Shown one piece after another: positions 1 through 12,074 of a DNA stretch of 64,000 nt. Each line of letters opens with the position of its first letter. Within the stretch, counting starts at the first letter, position 1. The position numbers were made by a program, and so were the translations under genes. The notes beneath the pieces are model-generated. The model was not told the DNA's origin. It saw only the letters and a program-made list of their open reading frames with translations, and did no database searches. Source of the stretch: Haliotis rufescens (Eukaryota); assembly GCF_023055435.1 (NCBI RefSeq), contig NW_025964360.1:496001-560000 (forward strand). Direction: 5' to 3'.

Positions 1-47
1 CAAAAGCAAAAGTGGTTTCAAAGAAGCGTTTTCTAAGAGTACATGTA

Positions 48-236
48 CAACAAACTACGTTTATAACGAACACGCTTATAACGAACTGACGGATATAACG
101 AATTGTTTTGCTGCCGTCCATTTGCTGTATATATGCTCTATATAGGCTTATAACGAACTACGGTGATAACGAACTACGGTTATAACGAACTAAACTTAGT
201 GTTCTCTTTGAGTTCATTTTAACCGTAGTTTACTGT
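48..236. mobile_element. MITE of Tc1/mariner-pogo type with CAGTAAACTACGGTTATAACGAAC TIRs (left end degenerate)
   Basis: Same sequence family as the intact TA-flanked copies at 4216-4390 and 25814-25988. Confidence 0.75.
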
Positions 237-389
237 ATGTCTTTGCCCCAATCAGATTTTCGAAAGATGTGAAGGTAGAAAAATTCCAAACATATGGGGA
301 AAAGTGTACAAAGAAAAGACTATTTTTCAGACAAAGAAACATTACCCATAATTCAAATGGGTATCGTGTAAAAAATTCTGTCTTCTTAC

Positions 390-549
390 CATCTTTCGTC
401 CTTGCATCAAGTACACGTGACCTCGCGAGGTTCCCTCTGACAAATTCCCAATTCCGCACCGACTGTCGCAAATTGAATAGGAGCGTCCCACAACAGACGG
501 CTATGAGGACAACAGTCAGCAGTTTTAAATGCTTCGAAACAATCTTCAT
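390..549 (-). CDS. Probable first coding exon of a type II membrane protein; the gene continues left, out of the window
   Basis: Reads MKIVSKHLKLLTVVLIAVCCGTLLFNLRQSVRNW...RTKD: short basic N-terminus, hydrophobic anchor, stem. Ends at a consensus donor G|GTAAGA (plus-strand tcttac at 384-389). Product not identifiable. Confidence 0.5.
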
Positions 550-582
550 TTACACTTGTGTCTGGTCGGTTTGCACCGACTG

Positions 583-1145
583 TTTGATCAGGGAAGTCCG
601 CACAGTGTAGAATACGGCCGTCTATTTGATCAGGGAAGTCCGCACAGTGTAGAATACGGCCGTCTATCTGATCAGGGAGGTCCGCACAGTGTAGAATACA
701 AACCGTCTATCTGATCAGGGAAGTCCGCACAGTGTAGAATACGGCCGTCTATTTGATCAAGGAAGTCCGCACAGTGTAGAATACGCCCGTCTATCTGATC
801 AAGGAAGTCCTCACAGTGTAGAATACGACCGTCTATCTGATCAAGGAAGTCCTCACAGTGTAGAATACGACCGTCTATCTGATCATGGAAGTCCGCACAG
901 TGTAGAATACGGCCGTCTATCTGATCAGGGAAGTCCGCACATCATATAAAATATATCCTTCTATCTGATCAGGGCGGTCCGCACAGCGTTGAATACGTTC
1001 GTCTGTCTAATGAGGGCGACACTCGGAACGTAGAATACGTTTGTCAGTCTCATTAGGGCGATTTGCACATCATACAGTAAATTGTTCTATCTGATCAGGG
1101 AAGTCCGCATCGCGTTGAATACGTTCGTCTATCTGGTCAGGGCGG
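583..1145. repeat. 42-bp tandem minisatellite (tgatcagggaagtccgcacagtgtagaatacggccgtctatc)
   Basis: About 8 clean units followed by degenerate units. Confidence 0.9.
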
Positions 1146-1564
1146 TTTAAGGGTGTAGAAAATGTCCGACTCTGATAAAGGAGATTTTAAGCTCACAAAT
1201 CGAACAATATTGTATGTCAACATCTGTGGCATTTTTTTATAACAGAGACTAAACAATAACTAAATATCGTTCGGATCAATTATATGGAAGGTTAGACTGT
1301 TAAAGTGTATATTCTATCTGACATTAAGAGGATGAGTGTACGTATCAGTTGACGTACCGTGTCTAATCTTTCAAGTCATGCCATTTATTCCAAGGTTACT
1401 TGAAGTTATACGGTAATACTAACTTTGTGAGGATATGGAATGATTCAGCAGCTGCGTGGGTTCTCTCTTGGATTTGGAAGAAGCGCTTTGTAGTCAATTC
1501 TGAATGTAAATACAAACGTACACAACTTTCAATTCTGTCATATACAATTCCCCTTTACATTAAG

Positions 1565-2092
1565 TGTGTTTGTTTGTTTGCTTGTTGTTTTACGCCGCAC
1601 TCAGCAATATTCCAGCTATATGACGGCGGTCTGTCAATAACCGAGTCTGGACCAGACAATCCAGTGATTGAAATCATGAGCATCGATCCATGCAATTGGG
1701 ATCGATGATATGCATCAACCGAGTCAGCGAGCCTGACCACCCGATCCCGTTAGTCGCCTCTTACAAGCATAGTCGCCTTTTATGGCAAGCATGGGTTGCT
1801 GAAGACCTATTCTACTCCACGCAATTGTTTGTTTGTTTGTTGTTTTACGCCGCACTCAGCAATATTCCAGCTATATGACGGCGGTCTGTAAATAATCGAG
1901 TCTGCACCAGACAATCCAGTGATTGATATCATGAGCATCGATCCACGCAATTGGGATACGATGACATGCATCAACCAAGTCAGCGGGCCTGGTCACCCGA
2001 TCCCGTTAGTCGCCTCTTACGACAAGCATAGTCGCCTTTTACGGCAAGCATGGGTTGCTGAAGACCTATGCTACCCCGGATCTTTACGGGTA
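1565..2092 (-). mobile_element. Two tandem copies of SINE-like family A (tail ...ggaatattgctgagtgcggcgttaaacaacaaacaaac)
   Basis: About 260-bp element repeated many times in the window, with an (AAAC)n tail. Confidence 0.85.
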
Positions 2093-2569
2093 TCACTAAT
2101 GTATTTCTAGAGTATTACCAGGAATGAAAAATATATTGTGAATAGTGGAGCAATGTGCCCTAAAACAAGCTTGTTCATTATCAATATTATGACTTTCACA
2201 CTAATTCTGTAGACGACTGTTTAAAATAGGAGTATTGAAGTACTTATCAAATGGATTCTTTGAGAGAATCCTCAATAACTGTTTGTGATGTGAGAGGTTT
2301 TCGGCTATCATCTTCCTTGTTGCTAACGGCTCACGTTCGCTTGTACACGACACAGAAATAGCGATGTAAAAAAAAAAACCCGACAAAACGAGACTATTGG
2401 CATGAAATGAATCAGGTATCCGATAAAAAAAAGTCTGACGGAACTAAACAAAGCTACAGTTGTAAGTTTGAACATTTTTAATCTTCCGAAGGCGAAGAGC
2501 GTTGGCCGGGATCGGGACTTTGGCCATCCCTGGGAAGAATGACAGATGTCAGGTGGCGCCTCTTGCTGG

Positions 2570-2790
2570 TCTGAGCAAACAGGTGAAGTTAAGCAACGTC
2601 GGTCTCGGAGAGTAGATAGATGGGTGACCACGTTAAGCAGCTTGAGCTTCTAGGACTTCGGTCCTGCCCCACACTGAAGCACATGTACCACATATGGTGT
2701 CTCCTCAGGCAAGTGACTTTGTTCAAAATGTGCCTCTGTTCACCCAGCAGTGAGTGGGTACCCGGTAGGATGAGATGTTAATCTTGTAGC
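2570..2790 (+). mobile_element. 5S rRNA-derived SINE-like element with a CORE-like body
   Basis: gaagttaagcaacgtcgg...agtagatagatgggtgacc resembles the 5S internal control region (A and C boxes). It is followed by gtgtctcctcaggcaagtgacttt...tgcctctgttcacccagcagtgagtgggtacc, which resembles the CORE-SINE domain. Confidence 0.55.
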
Positions 2791-2811
2791 GCCTTACTAT
2801 GGTCTGTTGTA

Positions 2812-3135
2812 AGGGACATTCTCGCGATCTCGCATTCTCGCGATCTCGACCTTTGGAAACGAGCTAAATATGCCCAAAACACGAGAATGCGAGATCGCGA
2901 GAACGCGATATTTGGCCAAAATCTCGCGTTCTCGCGATCTCGCATTCTCGTGGTTTTGGTACATGGCATGTTTTGTCAAAAGTCGACAACATAAGAATGC
3001 GACATTTAGACATGATGTAAAATATCGCAATCACGAAATCCAGACTTGCCAAGTTAGACCAAAAAAACACGAAATCGCGAGAACGCGAAAATGCGACATT
3101 TCATTTTCTCGCGTTCTCGTGTTCTCGCGTTTAGA
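2812..3135. repeat. TCGCGA-rich inverted-repeat element (probable non-autonomous DNA transposon fragment)
   Basis: Hairpin acgagaatgcgagatcgcgagaacgcga...tcgcgttctcgcgatctcgcattctcgt at about 2881-2950, plus related arms on both sides. Confidence 0.6.
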
Positions 3136-4215
3136 CGCTGTCCGTGCGCATGCGTAATATCATAAGGTCAAACGCATGCGCTCGTTAGTAGTCGTTTGGT
3201 CATGCTTCTGTTATGCTCTTCATTCTTCAAGTAGCATTTAGCCAAATTATGACTTGAGCTTGAAAATGCTATGTAATTTACATACACAAAGTCCTTTGTA
3301 GATTAGAGTAGAGTCCTCTCCCTTTGGTACAGTTTCATATAAAACTTTAAACTAAAACTCTCAACTACTCAATATAATATAACAAAAGAAATTGTGTACA
3401 TGAATGTCCGATGATAGTGAAAACCATAAAGTATCCTGAAGCTTGAAACAAAATATCACTGCCAGTGAGAGAGTAAATATTGCCTAAAGCCACATCAGCA
3501 GTATTGCAGCTATTCGCGGCTGCATTGTCAGTTACAGACATAATCACCGGCTAGTGATATTCTCCATGAGGCAATATTATACACGGCTAGCATATTCATT
3601 AAAACAAAAATCTCAAAGACCAATTTGTAGCATTCGGCTAAAATGAGATTGTCCGATGTTTTTGCACCACACCATATTCGCTTCTTTAGGCCATACAAAA
3701 TTAAGTAATAGATTTTCATCCTCTACCACCTGACTACAAAACATCCTGCCTTACATAATTATTTTGCCTCAAAGTTCCTAGAAATAGAAATATCGCTAAT
3801 ATGTGTGTTACTACTCCGTACACGTAGCCCTACTGAACACGAATGATGCATGTGAATCGTATCTTCGACTGCATTTGTACATAGATGCCTTAAATAGTTC
3901 TATAAGAAAAAAATAAAATGTTAAAAATAACATGCACACCGTCTTCCATGTTTTTAAAATTCATCGCTTTGAACAGTGTTTATATATGGGATGGAATGTT
4001 TTCAAGAATGGTTCCAAATTCTCGCCGACCGTCATGGTTTGGGGAGACGTGAGTAAGCTTGGTCTAAGTCTGGCAATAATCGGAAAACTGGATTCGAGAA
4101 AGAATTGTGACAGTTTACAAGATTATTATTATATTACAAGATTAGATGTAATGACAAATACTCTGAACCTTTTCGACCAATTAGCTTCGTTTTGAGCCAG
4201 ATTCGAATGGAACTA

Positions 4216-4390
4216 CAGTAAACTACGGTTATAACGAACACACTTATAACGAACTAACGGATATAACGAACTAACTTTTTATTCCCAACTATTTGCTGTA
4301 GTTATACAGTATATATGCTTATAACGAATTACGGTTATAACGAACTGAAATTAGTAGTCCCTTTGAGTTCGTTATAACCGTAGTTTACTG
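4216..4390. mobile_element. 175-bp MITE with TA target-site duplication
   Basis: TA|CAGTAAACTACGGTTATAACGAAC ... GTTCGTTATAACCGTAGTTTACTG|TA perfect TIRs. Confidence 0.9.
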
Positions 4391-4434
4391 TAAACTAATT
4401 ATAGCGGTCCAATCATGAGTGGGTGATGGTGCTG

Positions 4435-4935
4435 AAATGGGGTTTAACGTCGCATCCAAGATTATTGCACTTATAAAGCGACGTGCATGCACGTGTATGT
4501 GTGCGTGTGTGTGGCTGCTTGTACTTGTCCGGATTGATGCCGATTTGTAGTACTAGCCCATTGAGATACCAAGCTGCAGTTTAACATGAATACCCCACTA
4601 AGACACAGTATATTGACCGACCAGTTCTTGTTTTAGCCCTTTAATACCGAGCACCACGTGTATGTGTGCGTGTGTGTGGCTGCTTGTACTAGTCCAAAAT
4701 TGATGCCGATTTGTTGTACTAGCCCATTGAGATACCAGGCTGCAGTTTAACATGAATACCCCACTCAAACACAGTATATTGACACCGAACCGACCAGTTC
4801 TTGTTTTAGCCCTTTAATACCGAGCACCAGACAGGGTAACAACAAGAACCATTTTTAACCGTCTTTTGGTATGACGCGGCCGGGGACCTTCCGCTCTCCG
4901 GGCAGACGCTCTACCACTAGACCACGGAGGCGGCC
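4435..4935 (-). mobile_element. tRNA-derived SINE family C with an internal duplication
   Basis: Head gcctccgtggtctagtggtagagcgtctgcccggagagcggaaggt on the minus strand. Homologous to 19220-19550, 21355-21670 and 63660-64000. Confidence 0.8.
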
Positions 4936-5104
4936 CATGAGCGAGTGAAACGATGAAAAGAGATAGACAGTGACGTCACTTCCTAAACGAAGGTGTGGTG
5001 GCCAATAGGACCAGGATAAAAGTGAGATATAGGCTGGATAATCGATGAAAAATGTTTCCCGTTTCATAAAAGAAATCCTCACTGTATATTTCGTCTGGCG
5101 AATA

Positions 5105-5278
5105 TGCTTGTCGTAAGAGGCGACAAACGGGATCGGGTGGTCAGGCTTGCTGACTTGGTTGATGCATGTCATCGATCCCAGTCACTGGATTGTCTGGTCC
5201 AGACTCGAGTATTTACAGACCGCCCTCATATACCTGGAATATTGCTGAGTGCGGCGTTAAACCACAAACAAACAAAAT
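5105..5278 (+). mobile_element. SINE-like family A, partial
   Basis: Homology to other family A copies. Confidence 0.75.
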
Positions 5279-5335
5279 ACTGCTTTTACGTTGACATTTT
5301 GACTTGCATATAAATCCTGATAACGAACAGCATTT

Positions 5336-5341
5336 TTTATT
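5336..5341 (-). promoter_or_regulatory. Polyadenylation signal of the Cys-rich peptide gene
   Basis: AATAAA on the minus strand about 80 nt after the TAA at 5423-5425. Confidence 0.5.
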
Positions 5342-5422
5342 GTAATGGCATAACTTTCTGGTAAAATGTTTAGGTTACAGGTTAATGAAAGTAGCATGAT
5401 AATATTTTTGTTCATGCCTACG

Positions 5423-5555
5423 TTAAGTGTTCAGACACTTGCAACAACCGTCAGTTTTAAACCAGGCCACGCCATACTCCGATCCAGTTGTCCACACTCC
5501 GGTGACGTAAGTCGTCTTCACTGAACACATGCAGAAGTCGCATCCATCTTGTTGC
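5423..5555 (-). CDS. Terminal coding exon of a small cysteine-rich peptide gene (QQDGCDFCMCSVKTTYVTGVWTTGSEYGVAWFKTDGCCKCLNT*)
   Basis: Acceptor cttcctgttacag. Phase-compatible with the exon at 10326-10396. 43 open codons with 6 Cys, TAA stop and a downstream AATAAA. Confidence 0.7.
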
Positions 5556-5679
5556 CTGTAACAGGAAGTGGCATGAATAAATAATGTTGAAAGCATCACG
5601 TGACACCTAGAGAAATGAGTGAATCGACCTCACAATTTTCTCACAGTAAGTGATAGCGTCAGTACTTGACTGGTGTGTG

Positions 5680-6452
5680 TAAACGACCTTTCTGTAATAC
5701 TCTTGAATACATCGTCAATACTTCAATGGTGTGTCAACATGACTTTCCTGCGTCACCCGTGAATACATCGTCAGTACTTCACTGGTGTGTCAACATGACG
5801 TGCCTGCGTCACCCGTGAATACATCGTCAGTACTTAACTGGTGTGTCACAAAGACGTTCCTGCATCACCCGTGAATACATCGTCAGTACTTCACTGGTAT
5901 GTCCACATGACATTCCTGCGTCACCCGTGATTACATCGTCAGTACTTCACTGGTATGTCCACATGACATTCCTGCGTCACCCGTGATTACATCGTCAGTA
6001 CTTCACTGGTGTGTCCACATGACTTTCCTGCGTCACCCGTGAATACATCGTCAGTACTTCACTGGTGTGTCCACATGACGTTCCTGCGTCACCCGTGAAT
6101 ACATCGTCAGTACTTCACTGATGTGTCAACATGACATTCCTGCGTCACCCGTGAATACATCGTCAGTACTTCACTGGTGTGTCCCCATGGCGTTCCTGCG
6201 TCACCCGTGAATACATCGTCAGTACTTCACTGGTGTGTCCCCATGGCGTTCCTGCGTCACCCGTGAATACATCGTCAGTACTTAACTGGTGTGTCCACAT
6301 GACATTCCTGCGTCACTCGTGAATACATCGTCAGTACTTCACTGGTGTGTCAACATGACTTTCCTGCGTCACCCGTGAATACATCGTCAGTACTTCACTG
6401 GTATGTCAACATGACGTTCCTGCATCACCCGTGAATACATCGTCAGTACTTC
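5680..6452. repeat. 56-bp tandem minisatellite (gtgaatacatcgtcagtacttcactggtgtgtccacatgacgttcctgcgtcaccc)
   Basis: About 13 units; intronic. Confidence 0.95.
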
Positions 6453-6735
6453 AACCGTGAAAACATACGACCACATTGCGATGTCATGTTTGCCCTCTTT
6501 TGCCATACTAATTAAACGAATCCCTGTATAACTCAGAGCAGTCAAATTAGCTCCAAGTCTGAACCCTTCCTTTGGCCAATATTGAAGCAATACACCGTAA
6601 ACAATGTATTTCAAATGTAAACACATACAAGACGTGTATATATGTGTTAACATATGACGGAATACATATTGCCTTGAATCTCATCAGATGTAGGTTCTTA
6701 ACACGTGAAGTGAACTATCTTCACACCACCTAAGC

Positions 6736-6995
6736 GACCCGTGAAAATCCGGGGTAGAATAGGTCTTCAGCAACCCGTGTTTGTCGTAAAAGGCGACTGT
6801 GCTTGTCATAAAAGGCGACTAACGGGATCGGTGGTCAGGCTCGCTGACTTGGTTGATGCATGTCATCGTATCCCAATTGCGTGGATCGATGCTCATGATG
6901 TCAATCACTGAATTGTCCAGACTCGATTATTTACAGACCGCCGTCATATAGCTGGAATATTGCAGAGTGCGGCGTTAAACAACAAACAAACAAAA
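6736..6995 (+). mobile_element. SINE-like family A, full length
   Basis: gacccgtgaaaatccggggtagaataggtcttcagcaacc ... cggcgttaaacaacaaacaaac. Confidence 0.85.
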
Positions 6996-7124
6996 CATAT
7001 TCCCTTGAATCTCATCAGGTGCAGGTTCTTAACAGGTGAAATGAACTATCTTCTCACAGCATAAACACCACCTAAACACAGCATCCCCATAACCAAATAC
7101 GATCAGAATTTAAACCTGCGATTG

Positions 7125-7378
7125 GTTGGTTGGTTTGTTGTTTAACGCCGCACTCAGCAATATTCCAGCTATATGACGGCGGTCTGTAAATAATCGAGTC
7201 TGGACCAGACAATCCAGTGATTGATATCATGAGCATTGATCCACGCAATTGGGATCGATGACATGCATCAACCAAGTCAGCGAGACTGACCACCCGATCC
7301 CGTTAGTCGCCTTTTACGACAAGCATAGTCGTCTTCTACGGCAAGCATGGGTTGCTGAAGACCTATGCTCTCCCGGAA
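7125..7378 (-). mobile_element. SINE-like family A
   Basis: Inverted relative to the copy at 6736-6995. Confidence 0.85.
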
Positions 7379-7697
7379 TCTTAAACCTGCGAGTGGGGAC
7401 TTGTTTTGACAAACCAGTAACCTTCTTCAAGGTGGATTTAGGAGCTAGACCAACGGTCAGCGTATCCTGCTTCTGCTAAGTGACGTAATTGAGCTTGGCT
7501 GTAGACCATACGAACAATTTGCTCCTTATATCATTGTTAGTTTATATATATTGACTTATATTTACATACTCGCATGATTCTATTCGGAAGAACTGCTTTG
7601 CTTTGGCGCCAATTGAATCCTCAAAGACGGCCATTGTCCTATTAACACCGGTAATATCCACCCAGTATTCGGGCGAGATGTAGGTTGCCGTCCTGCA

Positions 7698-7699
7698 AT

Positions 7700-7731
<32 letters not shown>

Positions 7732-8190
7732 AATAATAATTGATTTGTAAAGCGCCTAATATCCATCGGCAGTTGCTCACTGGCGCTGTGACAAAGTTCA
7801 AAAAGTAATGTCTATGTACATATGCCAACAATCAGAAGATCTATTGAAAACCTGAAGTGAAGAAGTGGGTTTTGAGGAGAGACTTAAACGTTTCCTTAGA
7901 AGCAGAGTTTCTCAGATTCAAGGGCAAAGAGTTCCATAACTGTGGACTGCAAAAGGAGAAGGCACGTTCAGACATAGCAGAAGTAGACAGAGGCTGATAC
8001 AGTAGAGTTCCACCAGAGGATGGGATAGCACGCTCTGGAGAGTACAGGGATATAAGATCTTTGAGATAGTCTAGATAGTCGCTATTGTTGAGGCAGTCGT
8101 GAGTGATGATACACATCTTTTAGTTTATACGAAAGGAGACTGGAAGCCAATGTAGTGCTTTAAGGACAGGACTGATGTGATTGGATCACA
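7698..8190 (-). mobile_element. 3' fragment of an L2/CR1-type LINE
   Basis: Translation HITPVLxxLHWLP-like ...ERAFSFCSPQLWNSLPLNLRNSASKETFKSLLKTHFF is the typical L2/CR1 ORF2 C-terminus, followed by a (TTA)n tail. Confidence 0.75.
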
Positions 8191-8294
8191 TATTCATATA
8201 ACATAAACATCTTCGTATAAATATGGAGCAAACGTGTATTTTGTTCAACAAGTTCTGGTAAAGCTTCTTCTGATAGCGGGAGTGAGACTGATTT

Positions 8295-8552
8295 GGTTTG
8301 TTTGTTTGTTTGTTGTTTAGCAATATTCCACCTGTATGACGGCGGTCTATAATTAATCGAGTCTGGAGCAGCCAATCCAGTGATTGACATTATGAGCATC
8401 GATCCACGCAATTGGGATGGATGACATGTATGAACCAAGTCAGCGAGCCTGACCACCCGATCCCGTTAGTCGCCTCTTTCGACAAGCATAGTCAACTTTT
8501 AGGGCAAGTATGGGTTGCTGAAGATCTATTGTACCCAGGATCTTCACGGGTC
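8295..8552 (-). mobile_element. SINE-like family A
   Basis: Homology to other copies. Confidence 0.8.
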
Positions 8553-9574
8553 TCAGATTGGAATTCTGTGAGCCCTATAGCTGGGATCGTTTGATAGAAA
8601 GTTTCAGCTCCATGTAGGAGATACCCTCAGTTGACTTTCAGTCAGGTGAGCTAAATGCACTAACGTGATGCTATTATTACTGATGTTATACCACGAGTGT
8701 GTTTTGGGATGGTATATAACCTGCATCCGGAATAAGCATTGTATCTAACGACCCTTAACATTGAAATTTTCTTGGAATGTGCACATTAATACATTACGTC
8801 ACTAGATCAGTGACTAGGCAGTCGGACAGCGGCAACAGGCAAAATATTTCAAATTTCAACTTGTATTTGACAATGAATTTTGGCATTTTAGGCTATTTCT
8901 TTCCATTGATAATGAAATGGTACATGGTACGACGTAACAATTGTTTCTAGCAGTGTTTTTGTTTTATTCACCTGTGTGATTTGATCTTTTTTTCATTTCT
9001 AAAAACATTTTTGTTCGGAGATAGGCATAAAATGGCATCTTGCAAATTCTTTCTGATTAATCTACTCAAGTATAAACTAGGATTAAAGTTAATAGCTTTA
9101 AACTCACGTAGTGCAGCAGGCGTTGTGTTCGATTACTTCCGCTGGTGTAATAGGCCTAGGCACAGAAGGGGACGAGAGGAGAGCAGAACACTGCAGGGAC
9201 ACACTTGTACGGGTCACATTAGGAAATGACGTCACTGGGGTTGAAGGACGCTCAAGAGCCTCGAACGCTTCCTGTTCCTCCGGAAACCGGAAGTAGCCAG
9301 GGAAACGCTCTCTTAAACTTTGTTCCTTTTCTCGTAAATGTGATCTGAGGGGAAATAATATAGTTCCTATTCACTATAAATAGACTGCCAGGAAAATGAA
9401 AGTGTAAACTTGCAAATAGTATTTGACCAAAGCATTACAAACGTTTTTAAACCGTTACTTGGCTGAAAACAGTCGGCGTAATACGTTAAACTTTCATTTC
9501 ATTTTTAGCCACCATAAAAAATAGGTGCATTCATTCTTTACTTTTTTTCAACATCGTCGTTACGTTTTTTTTAT

Positions 9575-9805
9575 GTTTAACGCCTCACTCAGCAATATTT
9601 CAGCTATATGACGGCTGTTTGTAAATAATCGAGCCTGGACCAGACTATCCAGTGATTGATGTCATGAGCTTCGATGCACGCAATTGATACGATGACATAC
9701 ATCAACCAATTCAGAGAGTCTGACCACCCGATTCCGTTAGTCGCCTCTTACGAAAAGCACGGGATGCTGAAGACCTATTCTACCTATTCTAACCCGGATC
9801 TTCAT
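9575..9805 (-). mobile_element. SINE-like family A, diverged
   Basis: Homology to other copies. Confidence 0.75.
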
Positions 9806-10083
9806 TAGACGGGTAATGGCCTGAACCAGACAATCATGTGACTGAAATTGTGAACAACGATCCACACGCTCAGGGTATGTTGCCCCGCCTCTTTCTCCCA
9901 GCATAGGTTTCTGTGGATCTACTCTGAACCGTGCAGGGTGGAATTATTTTTTTCAATACAATAGTAAATATCAATTAGCGATATGACAGACACTTTTGTA
10001 ACAAGTAAGGATAAGATATTTGGATGAACAACTTCTTTATTACAATTCGGTGTCAAGCAAGTGATGTACAGATGTACAGAGTA

Positions 10084-10084
<1 letters not shown>

Positions 10085-10119
<35 letters not shown>

Positions 10120-10144
10120 AATAATAATAATGATAATGATAATA
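10085..10144. repeat. (CAT)n/(AAT)n microsatellite
   Basis: Direct inspection. Confidence 0.95.
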
Positions 10145-10325
10145 GTTCTGTAGCGCAAAATTCCACATCACCGAGGGACATGCTCAATATTTTCCACAGA
10201 GCAGAAACATAGCAAATCTTGTTCCATTTCATGATCAGTCTTGGACCGTTTTTTCTTTTATCATAATCAATAAGTTATTGATTCTATATTTCCGAAGTTT
10301 CAGTGTTAAGACAAAAGGTACTCAC

Positions 10326-10396
10326 GTGGTGGAACGGTGTACGAGAACGGACGTCAATGCAATACTGATAAGAAGTAGGGCGAGTGACAGGATTGC
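10326..10396 (-). CDS. Internal exon of the Cys-rich peptide gene, hydrophobic signal/anchor segment (AILSLALLLISIALTSVLVHRST)
   Basis: Acceptor ctgttgttccag, donor gtgagt. 71 nt, phase 0 to phase 2, joins in frame on both sides. Confidence 0.7.
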
Positions 10397-10408
10397 CTGG
10401 AACAACAG

Positions 10409-10570
10409 TGAGTGAGTGAGTGAGTATGTTTTTACGCCGCTTTTAGCAATAATCCAGCAATATCACGGCGGGGACACAATTAATGGGCTTCACACATTGC
10501 ACCCATGTCGGGAATCGAACCCGGATCTTCGGCGTGATGTGCGAATGCTTTAACCACAAGGCTCCCCAAC
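10409..10570 (-). mobile_element. tRNA-derived SINE family B with an (ACTC)n tail
   Basis: Homology to the TSD-flanked copies at 24731-24896 and 55330-55496. Confidence 0.85.
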
Positions 10571-10769
10571 CTGTTTTTTTTTAAAAATAAATCAACCATA
10601 TATCCTTGTATCAATTCAGCAGTACATGAAGAATCCGTGATTCCACGGTAACGTTTTAATAATCATTTAAAATAAAGGGCAATCGGGGTTACTTTTCAGT
10701 GTTGGTCCCAGGTTAAATCTTTAAAAAACATATCTATGACGTTGTGATGATGTCATTGACGAGCCTTAC

Positions 10770-10829
10770 TATGATCAGTGGTCTGTTTGTTGTACCCATT
10801 GTCTTTTCTTCCACTGTCATATGTTCCAT
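10770..10829 (-). CDS. Start-containing exon of the Cys-rich peptide gene (MEHMTVEEKTMGTTNRPLII)
   Basis: Exon 10770-10831 with acceptor cttttgtttcag and donor gtaagg; ATG at 10829; phase 0. Confidence 0.65.
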
Positions 10830-11099
10830 TTCTGAAACAAAAGCACGTGTGCATATAGTCAGTATTTTAGACGTCCACTACTGCATCACGAAACTATATG
10901 TGGTCGTCGCGCGTGTGTTTGTGTGTCTATTTCTGTACAAGTGTGTCTAATTATGTGCGTGTATTTTAGGCGTGAGTACGTACATTGTACATATGTATGT
11001 ACGTGGGTGTGTTTGTGTCTTTGTGAGTGTATGTTAGTGTGTGTGTTTGTGTCTATGTGAATGTATGTTAGTGAGTGTATGTTAGTGTGTGTGTGCGTG

Positions 11100-11108
11100 C
11101 GTGCGTGG

Positions 11109-11143
<35 letters not shown>
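11100..11143. repeat. (GT)n microsatellite
   Basis: Direct inspection. Confidence 0.9.
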
Positions 11144-11146
<3 letters not shown>

Positions 11147-11164
11147 GTGATTGTATTTATCATG

Positions 11165-11440
11165 TTATGGGTAGGTTTCTTGGCAGGATAAAGCCAACGG
11201 ATAAAAAAAACAGTATCCATTTGGATCATTTACGGATAATGATGCAAATATGAAAGGTCAGGTCGGTACTACTTGCAGTGTTTACAAACAAACATGGCGT
11301 CGCCCTTGTCAATCGGGTCATAATTAACCATCGTGAATCTGGAGAAACTACTTGGATGATTATCATTATCAAAACAATAGCCTGAGATACAGAAAATCAG
11401 TGTCTAACTGTGTCTAATTGTGACGTAGCTGAGGCATTTC
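11165..11440 (+). repeat. Interspersed repeat of about 275 bp, second copy at 19558-19830
   Basis: Colinear similarity including aaacaaacatggcgtcgcccttgtc and gaaaatcagtgtctaactgtg. Confidence 0.7.
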
Positions 11441-11644
11441 ATTAGAAATTGTTACACTAAGATTGACATTGTATTTTTGGTATAAAATATATTAGGTGGC
11501 AAAAAGTAAATAAACCACAGTGGTGACAATAGTGTATTGTTTGTTGTTATTTGAATACATTGTGTTTCGCTGAGATGTCCTATGTAATTATTATAATCAG
11601 GCATAATGTATGGATATGTTCTCTGTGCGTAGATAGATACACAG

Positions 11645-11910
11645 ATAATAATAATAATAATAATGATAATAATAAGAAGAAGAATAATGATAATAATAAT
11701 GAAAAAGAAGAAGAACAACAACAACGATAACAACAGCCACAACAACGGTAAATAACAACAGCCACAACAACGGTAAATAACAACAGCCACAACAACGGTA
11801 AATAACAACAGCCACAACAACGGTAAACAACAACAACGACATCAACAACGGTTAACAACAACCACAACTACGGTAACCACAACCACAACAACCTAAAACA
11901 ACAACAATCA
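11645..11910. repeat. (AAT)n/(AAC)n low-complexity tract containing a 25-bp tandem repeat (acaacagccacaacaacggtaaata)
   Basis: Direct inspection. Confidence 0.85.
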
Positions 11911-12074
11911 GAACGATAATAAACTCATACAGAGGCAATGCGTTACAGCTGTGTGTGATAAAGAGATTTAAGACACGACTGTCAGCTGTCGGAAGTGTTG
12001 ACGGCCTCAAAGTACGCGGGTGATAAAAGATAAGTATAATGTACAGTGTAGAAGGATGAACAGAGCGACATTAC

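Noticed and set aside
2585-2632. Functional 5S rRNA gene
   Set aside because: Only the internal control region is similar; there are no matching 5S ends or oligo-T terminator.
10024-10212. Poly-His ORF, and the hydrophobic ORFs at 11452-11867
   Set aside because: Translations of microsatellite and low-complexity tracts.
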